64,000 nt of DNA from Paramecium tetraurelia (lineage: Eukaryota), in assembly GCA_000165425.1 (NCBI GenBank), contig CT868585.1, positions 310,001-374,000 on the forward strand, given 5' to 3'. This document shows positions 55,585 through 64,000 of this stretch, piece by piece; position 1 is the stretch's first letter, and every line of letters starts with the position of its first letter. The notes beneath the pieces were generated by a model. The model was not told the DNA's origin, ran no database searches, and saw nothing but the letters and a program-made list of their open reading frames with translations. The translations under genes and the position numbers were made by a program.

Positions 55585-56037
55585 ATGGATTAATTTTAGA
55601 CATGTGAAGGCAAGCTATTATATATTACATACAATTTATATAAATCAAATCGTATTGGAATAGAGTAAAAAAGTGAAATAAAGGGTAAGACAGATAAATA
55701 ATTCATAGATATGTTAATCGCGAAAGATTTCAGAATAAAATAAGTGATGAATGAAATCAACAACGAAACTAATATACAGAAAATCGAAAGGATGTTAGAA
55801 AACATCAATGTATGACATTTTATTGAAGTTTAGCCAGAGGAATACAGCCCAAGGGATATTGATGATAATTTAAGTCATACTTATAAGTAAAAAAGACCGA
55901 AGCTCTTTAAATTCTAAAAATCCAATTTCTCGAAGTTTATAGAAGCAAAAGCAAATGAAGATACTGATACTTTCTCTTCCAATAAGCATTTAGAATTTAG
56001 ACAAAGGTTATATTCATCAGCAGCTGATTCATGTTGA
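55585..56037 (+). CDS. Small hypothetical protein
   Basis: MDQFQTCEGKLLYITYNLYKSNRIGIEQKSEIK|DMLI; two 24-nt introns; ends SSAADSC-TGA. Confidence 0.7.
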
Positions 56038-56066
56038 TTTTTTATATTAAATTATGAATAATTTAT

Positions 56067-57322
56067 TCAAACAAGGATTACAAGGATAATATTTCTGATT
56101 GGCATTAGAATATCTAAAAAGAACAAACTAGCTGCTTGATATTGATCTTTTAAAGTGAGTTTGGATGACTAAGAATATAAAAGAATAATTACTGTAGACA
56201 CAAGTGATGTATCCCACACTAAGATCATAAAGATTCCTCCTAGAATAAAAAGAGTCTCAAGACTAAAAATTTAATCCCTTAAAAATAAGGCAGCAATTAT
56301 TCCTACAAATCCAGTCTCCATTATCTTTCTTGAAATTACAAAATGAGTCTCAGCTAGATTTTAGAAAGCATCTTGAACATCAAAAAGGGATTTTAGTTTG
56401 TTTATTGTTAAACGCAGAAGTGATTAATTATGAACAACATACCTATTGTTTTACTAATGTTAAATAAATCTTTTACTTTGAATAAGTAAGTATTAAGATG
56501 TAATAAATACACAAAAGTATAAAGTATTACTACTATATGAGGTATCCAATTTGAATTATTCAAACTGATAAAATCAAGCATTCCTTTTAGAAATACCAAA
56601 ATAAAGATGTAATTAACTAGCTTTTAGGTTGTAGATTTAATATCAAGTTACCATTTAAAATATTTTTGATTCAGATAAAAGAATGAAACATTTCCAATCA
56701 TAAATATCAGTAGCATTCTGTAATGATAAAAACACTTGTTGACTAAGTATATTAAATATGATTATACATTTAGTAAGATTGATTATATACGAACAAACTT
56801 GAACAAAGAGACTCATCAAAGGATATTGCAAGTAGTGAAAAAGTTTCTATTTTTGTTTCTAAAATGATAAAACTAATAACTTACAAATAGATAGTAATTT
56901 CTAAATACTGATTGTAAAATCAACAATAATGGGAATAATATAAGAGATAAGTAAAATAAAAATGAAGGATTTTGGGTTTCGCGAGCACAACGAAGCTGCC
57001 AATCTTGATATTTCTCAAAGTCTTATTGGTAATATACTGGGCATGAGTAGGTATAATTATCCGAACATCTTCAATATGCACGACAATATTGTTCAAAAGA
57101 CACAACGCATCTTGAATTAGGATAGTCTTTGTAGAACCAACTGTTAGTAAATAGCATTGTTGAAATTAAAATGACTATTAATTGTGTTAGTATTAATTTA
57201 TAAAATTATTATGGTTCTTCTGTTTCATTTCTTTACAAAGTATTAGAATTTTCTGCTTTTATTGATTCATCTTGAATCTCTTTAGGTGTTTATGATGTGA
57301 TCTGCTCTTAGGTGACACTCAT
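56067..57322 (-). CDS. Divergent BI-1/TMBIM-like multi-pass membrane protein with Cys-rich loop; single in-frame TGA at 57071-57073 (possible pseudogene)
   Basis: Multiple TM helices; C-terminal KDQYQAASLFFLDIL resembles the TMBIM DDY..AA..LYLD motif; five canonical tiny introns; frame otherwise intact. Confidence 0.65.
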
Positions 57323-57484
57323 TATTATTTAAAAAGTAAAGTAAATTATATAATATTAATTGAAATAAAATTATAGATTCGATTGACGTGGCACTTTTTT
57401 ATCACGAGACTTTCATGAAATCTTGATAAAAAAGGATTCATTGAAGTATATATTAATGGCAATTGAAATATTAAATAACATTAT

Positions 57485-60400
57485 TCAATCATCACTTTAA
57501 GGAGCTTCTTAATTTGATTCATCTTTTGGTACTCTTATTACTAAGAGAGGTACCTGATGATCTTTGACTTAATCAAATTAATTGAAGTTTCTTTAATTGC
57601 ATTTCATTTGATTGATCCATCTACTTAAGAATAATTAATTACCTTAAATATTCCTTTTATACTATTGTATACTCTTAATAAGCAATTTGGAGATATTTGA
57701 GTTTAGATGCTTTGAGTCCTGAAGTTTCAAATTCCAACTCAGGGAATTTCCTAGTTAGTATTTTCATGTCTTGCTATTTGGTGATATTTTTAGGGGATAG
57801 ACACCTATTCTATTATTTTTTTGGTAATCTTCTCCTATTTTCTTCATTTTCTTATTCCTATTCAACCTCTTAAAGTATTTTATTTAGATCAATAAAAGAA
57901 GAGAAACTCTAATAGAATTCAGACCCCATGGGAGTGTTATCTGGTACTTGTTCTTCCTCTACTTTTTGATTATCATCATCAAGCGATTTCATAGAATTGT
58001 TTGGTCTTTCTGCGAATCCTATGGCACTTTAAGCTTTGCTAACTTAAGATTAGAAACTGATTTCTGGTAGCTCGCTCTTTCTGGATGAATTCTTAAGAGT
58101 AGTTGAATCTTATTCATTTTATTTATCATCAAGTATTTACTATTCTTTTTTTTCTTTTGCTTTCTTTCTGATGAGTTTAGCCTTTAAACTTCTTTCTTGA
58201 ATGACCTTTTAGACATATTGTTTGCCTCCATTATACAATTAAAATTATTAGTAAATCTTCCTAATAATTTAAATGATGTATGAGTATTTGAGATAGATCA
58301 TATCATTGATCAATTGATCTCTTTCCTTTTAAGAGTAATCTTTAAAGAATGCATATTGCAATTCTTTATTGATGTCTCTTATCTTTTCGAATCCTGATTG
58401 TAAAGATCTATGACGATGTTGAATTCTATAAATCAACAGATGTATAAATGTATTTCTGACTAAGGGACTCCAATGCATGAAAATCTTAAAAAATAAATCA
58501 GTACTAAATAGGAAATCACATAATTCCTTTTTTGGTTCAGCTATATAAATATGGTTTAATAAATATTACTTGTGATAAGATGGAAATTATTATATAAAAT
58601 TTATAAACTCTTACTAATAGAGACAGCATGATCTCCATTCAAAATTAACTTGATTCCCTTGAAGAAAAAGGAATAGTCAAAATTAGTAGGTAAAACATGG
58701 TAATTTTGATTGACTTTCTGTAACCAAACGTCCACAATATTTAACGTATTGAACACTTGAATTGCATCGAACACTCTTGTTTAATTGAATAAGATGTGAA
58801 TGAATTTGCTAAGCAACATGGAATTGTTGATTATGGCACAAGATGCTTCAATGAATTTGTGATTCTTTAATTAAATATTGGATAGCAACAACTAGACAAT
58901 CTCATCATATCCTTGTATGTTTTGCCAATTGACATTGAATCCAAACTTAGATTATACGAAATTGACCCATTAAATTACAAAAGGATAATAGAAATGCACA
59001 GTTTATTTATCAGGCATTTCTAATTTCAATGATTCTAATTCCTTTTATAATTATTATCCTTTTTCATTTTAGAATGCAAGATCATAAAATTTATGAATTG
59101 AGATATTCTCAATCTCTGGAAACAGAGCTTGTTTAAATTGAGGTACTCTGAAGTAGGAGAGCACAGCAAATTTAACAAAAAAATCATGTTCTTTGTTTGA
59201 ACAAGAAGTGTCAACTACTCTTTATAAACAAAGAGGCATAACTTTAATCATTAAAGTAACAAATAATTAAGCATTATGAATACGTTCTATTTAAGTATCA
59301 ATACTCAAATGATCTAAATCCATATCATCTCTATAAATGAGTTCACTCAGCACAGTGAAACATATTTCCTTAACCATTTCTGTTTATTATTTACTACTCT
59401 GCTCTAATAAGTATTTCCATAACTTTATTTACACTGATTAACTGTGTAACATCTCATCGACACTCTGATATTTAATATTGTGATTTTCAGTCAAAGTAGA
59501 TAGAATTTCATTTTTCATTTTCTCTGAGTCTTTGATCTTTTTATCCCTCATGGTCTATGATAGTGTTTCCACTTTTATTTGTAATCCAATCAGCCAATCC
59601 ACTTCTTTATTTGTGTTATTTTTGGACTTGGCTTTCTTCAATAATAAAGTAGATTAATTCACAGTTCCAGTTTCTGTTTTGACTCCACTGCATTGACTGA
59701 CATATTGATTAGATTTAATGATGAATGTTCCTGCCCAATTCCCAATATAAGTGCCATCGGAAATTAATTGTTCATTTAATTATGCTTCTTAAATTAAGAG
59801 AGTATCAGTTTAGGCAATTTGAGATGTATTATCATAAAAGAATTTATTAAAACTGATGTATGTACTACCAATTCTTTTGTATTCTTCTTGTTTTGTTTAT
59901 TTGTTTGCGTAAAGTACAAAAACGAATGTAGTGATTTGGAAATCGTCTGCAAATATATCAAATTCCATAAAAGGAGCATCTTCAGTTCTGAATTCCCAAA
60001 GGATTTCATTCTTAGCTTCTAATGCCTTTTTAGTGGAGACATGTCTTTGGGAACCACCTTTGATGTGTTGATACTTATAAGGGACGTCGTCATTTTGTGA
60101 ATAGGTGGGATTCATGTATTTGGGAGAGATGGCTGATTGAGATTCATTCTCTTGAGATTTGATTTTCAATAGAAAACTGTAGGCTATGTCTCCCAATTAT
60201 TCTTCAAGGATACATCGAATGTGTTTGGTATTGATTTTGAAATGCAACTTCTGAGCTACTTTGATGTCAAAAATAATAGAAGATTAGTTCTAAATTAGTA
60301 ATAGCATTTACACTAAACAAAATATCATGATGTTGTGGTCCACTGGCAATTTCATATAATGTATATTTGATCTTGTAATGAACCTTGTCTGAGTCATCAA

Positions 60401-60726
60401 GGATTTGCTTGGTTGGATATTTGAATATAGTACTAATGTAAAGAATTGAGTCTGCATACTTTGAGGATCGATGTGCAAATCAAAAGTAAAGGTTTAGGGC
60501 CACTATACTAAAGGAGTAAGAGTACATGTGGATTTTTGGTGTATCTGATCATGGTGGTCTTATAGAGATGCTCATTCACTTTTACAATCACATAAGCACT
60601 TTACTGTTGAATATTTTTAACCTTGATACCAGAAATTACCATCCTAAACATCAGATTCTGCTATCCGAACCTGATGTCATTCAGATGCTACTTCCTTGTC
60701 TAATGAGAATAACATGCACTTCCCAT
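57485..60726 (-). CDS. N-acylated C2-domain protein with C-terminal DUF1765-like helical region
   Basis: MGSAC start; C2-like AYVIVKVNEHLYKTTMIRYTKNPH|WPQTFTF; later FSMHWSPLVRNTFIHLLIYRI; ends VPKDESNQEAPQSDD-TGA. 5' exon structure uncertain. Confidence 0.75.
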
Positions 60727-60759
60727 TATTAATTTATATTATATTATATTTTGAATTAC

Positions 60760-61851
60760 TCAATATTTCAATTTGGCATAATACAACACTGGCTTAGCCT
60801 CAAGCACTTATTCGAATCTCTATCTGACCATGTCTTCAAGTTGATTCACCAATTAAATCTCATTCCTTCTTGATTGAGTGCCATAATTGTACTCAGTCTA
60901 AAAGGTTGAGCACAAAGCTTCAGCTTATTCCAATAATTGTTGATTTCTTTATTATTTTGAAGATGCGGAATTCGAAACTGCTGATTGAACTCCGATGCAA
61001 GCAGACAATTTATCTAATTTTACTTGTTATCTCTCGTATTATTATTGTAATCTTGATAACACTTTGCTGACCTTCTCTTTTGATTAGTTGAACTGAGCAA
61101 CACTTTAAGCATTTGATTCTGTGAATTAATTATATGCATCTTGAATTGCTGATTTCAAATCCTTAAGCAAATGCTCAACCTATTAAAGTGAACTCAAATC
61201 AATTGACTCTCCTTGCTTTGCCAATTAAATAAAAGCATTAAAAATGGGAGCATAAAGTGGAGTTTTGTTGATATCAAACGATGTTTATAACATACGTTGA
61301 CTTACTTTACTTAATTCTGAAAAACTTCGATATCCAAATGAGATTCCTTACAATATTGTCAATGCTTCTTCTATGGAATTTAAGGAATCTTCGTATTATC
61401 GACTTCTCTTCTTGAAATAGGCTGACTCTGAATCTGCTGTTGTCAAGATTGTATTCAAATGCTACTAGAAAGTGTTTTCTTGTTACTAATTGACCTACTG
61501 TTATTCAATCGTTCTTTATTTTGAATATTGACAAATGTTTAATTGAGCATTGGAGTCTCTTAGAGTACTTCTAGCGTTTTGAATTTCAGCATTTCTAAAA
61601 TCATATTCGCCTTAGCATTCATTTAATTCTACAACAAAAATTTGGTCGTGATTGACTTATTCCTCATTAACAGAATCTCTGAATAATGTGAGAATATTCA
61701 AGACAGCATCCAATGGAGCATGGGATTTTATCTTCATTTCCACCTCAGCCATTACAGCTGTGATCGATCTCTGTTTAGTGTAATTGAGTCTATGTTGATG
61801 ATTTGTAGCAGAAACTAAAACTAAGATCAGCAAGAAAGCAAAGATCTTCAT
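60760..61851 (-). CDS. Trichocyst matrix protein (TMP) family precursor
   Basis: Signal peptide MKIFAFLLILVLVSA; APLDAVLNILTLFRDSVNEEQVNHD..EC; two helical halves with spaced Cys around a linker, typical of TMP/Grl precursors. Confidence 0.8.
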
Positions 61852-62228
61852 TAAATTAAATAGGCAAAAACGATTTATTGTATGTCAATAAATTAATCAA
61901 TTCACTTAACAAAATATCCTTTATCATTAACTGTATATCCTCTAAATTAAATCTATAATCATTCATAAGCTATCCAGAACCCAAATTAACTCATACAACA
62001 TCTAATGAAAAATTAACCTTACTAGCATTCTTTGAAAAACCAATATGAAAATTTTGTATGCTTAAGATAAGTTTAACAGTAAACATACGCGAAAAAGATG
62101 ATTTAAAATTTGATATAATCAAATTGCATTTTTTAATACTAAAAAGATTCTTATTTAGATTGAATTAATACGTGTTGTTAAATTACTTATAAACAAATAT
62201 TACACAAATTTAAATAATTACCTCAAAT

Positions 62229-63354
62229 ATGTCAAATCTCCAAGTACAACTAATTAAGAAGCCTGATGCCAAATACCCTAAAGTGAATGATGTTTTCTAG
62301 GTTAAGACAGCATCAACACCAACTGCTAGTCAACTTAAGGATGGCGAAGTATTTTTGGAGAATCTATACTTCTCAATTGATGCAACAATGAGGGTATGGA
62401 TTAGTGGGTATTTAATATATATTAATCATCCTAGTGCCAAGACTTACGTAGATCCTGTACTTCCTGGTAACACCATGTTTGGCTAGGCTGTATCGAGAGT
62501 TCTGGCTTCTAAAAGTTAAAAATTCTAAAAAGGGGATTATGTGATTGGTGTTGTTAATTGGACTCTGTATTAGATTATCAGCGATGCCAAACTACATCTT
62601 GTTAAAAGAGGAGGAGATATTGATGACTTGACTGGATATTCATTCTTAGGTCCATTAGGAATTAGTGGATTGACAGCCTATATTGGATTTGAAGCAATAG
62701 GAAAACCAAAGGAAGGAGAAACTGTAGTTATCTCTGCAGCTGCTGGAGCTGTTGGAGAAATTGCAGTCTAATTGGCTAAAACCTATTATAAATGCAAAGT
62801 CATTGGAATTGCAGGTGGTCCAGAAAAATGTGACTATGTGAAGAAACAATTAGGTGCACATGATTGCATTGATTACAAAAATGAAAATCTTAGTAAAAGA
62901 CTCAGAGAATTAACACCCAATGGAATCCATGTGTATTTTGATAATGTGGGTGGTGAAATGCTAGATGAAATATTGATGCATATCACAGATCACACCAGAA
63001 TTATTCTTTGTGGAGCCATTGCCACATACAATTAAACTGGAGGTAAATTCAATATCATTAACCATCTAGAACCATATAAAGTCAAGAATTACCCTAGATT
63101 AATTATAAAAAGAGCAGTCATGTAAGGTTTCCTTTATTTTGATCATCCTGAATTATTCAAGCCAGGATAGGCAACCATAACATAAATGCTCAAATAAGGA
63201 CAATTGAAAGTAATAACTCATCGTCTATTTTTAGATAAGATATGATGTTCAGAATGGATTAGAATAAGCTCCTAATGGATTAGCTAAACTTTTATTAGGA
63301 TAAAATAATGGAAAGGTTGTTGTGAAGGCTAAAGCTGATTAACCAAAGCTTTGA
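62229..63354 (+). CDS. NADP-dependent oxidoreductase (MDR family, prostaglandin reductase/CurA-like) with PTS1-like C-terminus
   Basis: NLYFSIDATMRVWI, LGISGLTAYIG, VVISAAAGAVGEIAVQLAK, GIHVYFDNVGG, LCGAIATYN, GQNNGKVVV; ends PKL-TGA; three tiny introns. Confidence 0.93.
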
Positions 63355-64000
63355 TTATTGAGTATATAACAAATGAAGGATTAATAATATTATATATAAT
63401 TTCTATAATATCAATTAAAACTAATATTGCGTATTATAATTGATTAATATTAAAATTATTATGTAATTTAAAAATCCTTAGAGATTGCTAAACAATATAA
63501 ATGAATAAAGTAAAAACATTTAGATTAAAAATGTCGTTATCAACCATTTGGATAAGGGAGAGATAGTAGATCTTCATAAACTTATATTTTTATATATTAA
63601 TAAAATTTTTAAGAATATTAACAAATCTTTAATCAAATAGTAATTCTATTGTAAGAGAGGTTAAAAAGGACATAAATTTATTATATTAATAAGTCGGCAT
63701 TATTATTAAGATCAAGTTTATAAAAATTTCAAAATAAAATATTTTCAATAGATAAAAACAACTCATAAATTTTGTTATTCAAAGAATTAAGAATGAGTTG
63801 CTGATTATAATTCAATAGTTTAAAGCTTTGTAGTTTTATCTCTTAATCCAATGCAATTCTACTAAACTTGCTTATTCATTCATTGAATCTCTAAAACTTA
63901 AAAGTAATGGAGATTAATAAGTTTAATTTAATTTATTTTTGGTTCATTCTGAAAGTTGGTATCGATTTTAATTTATAAATAGATAACATAAGACCTATCA

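Overview
AT-rich, very gene-dense eukaryotic DNA from a ciliate macronuclear genome, most consistent with Paramecium (my inference). Three direct observations support this. In-frame TAA/TAG fall inside conserved domains and read as Gln (translation table 6), and TGA is the only stop. Genes are interrupted by tiny GT-AG introns of about 20-31 nt. Many intergenic spacers are only 11-50 bp. The supplied standard-code ORF track therefore shows only fragments, so I re-translated by hand. I can support 35 protein-coding loci. They include a TEY-type MAPK with three +1 frame breaks, a kinase with UBR-like zinc fingers, a PI4-kinase, two tail-to-tail PAS-transmembrane paralogs, MRE11, a stomatin-like protein, a TTLL glutamylase, two BI-1/TMBIM-like proteins, a TPR protein, a pseudokinase, a trichocyst matrix protein and an NADP-dependent oxidoreductase. 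I saw no tRNA, rRNA, telomere tract, transposase or CRISPR array. The best novelty candidate is a tandem pair at 34.9-38.4 kb sharing a B-box-like zinc finger and helical region. One gene ends in a SPRY-like domain and the other in a LIM-like finger plus an apparently inactivated GH24 phage-lysozyme-like fold. All domain calls are by-eye motif recognition, not database searches, and some exon boundaries are approximate.
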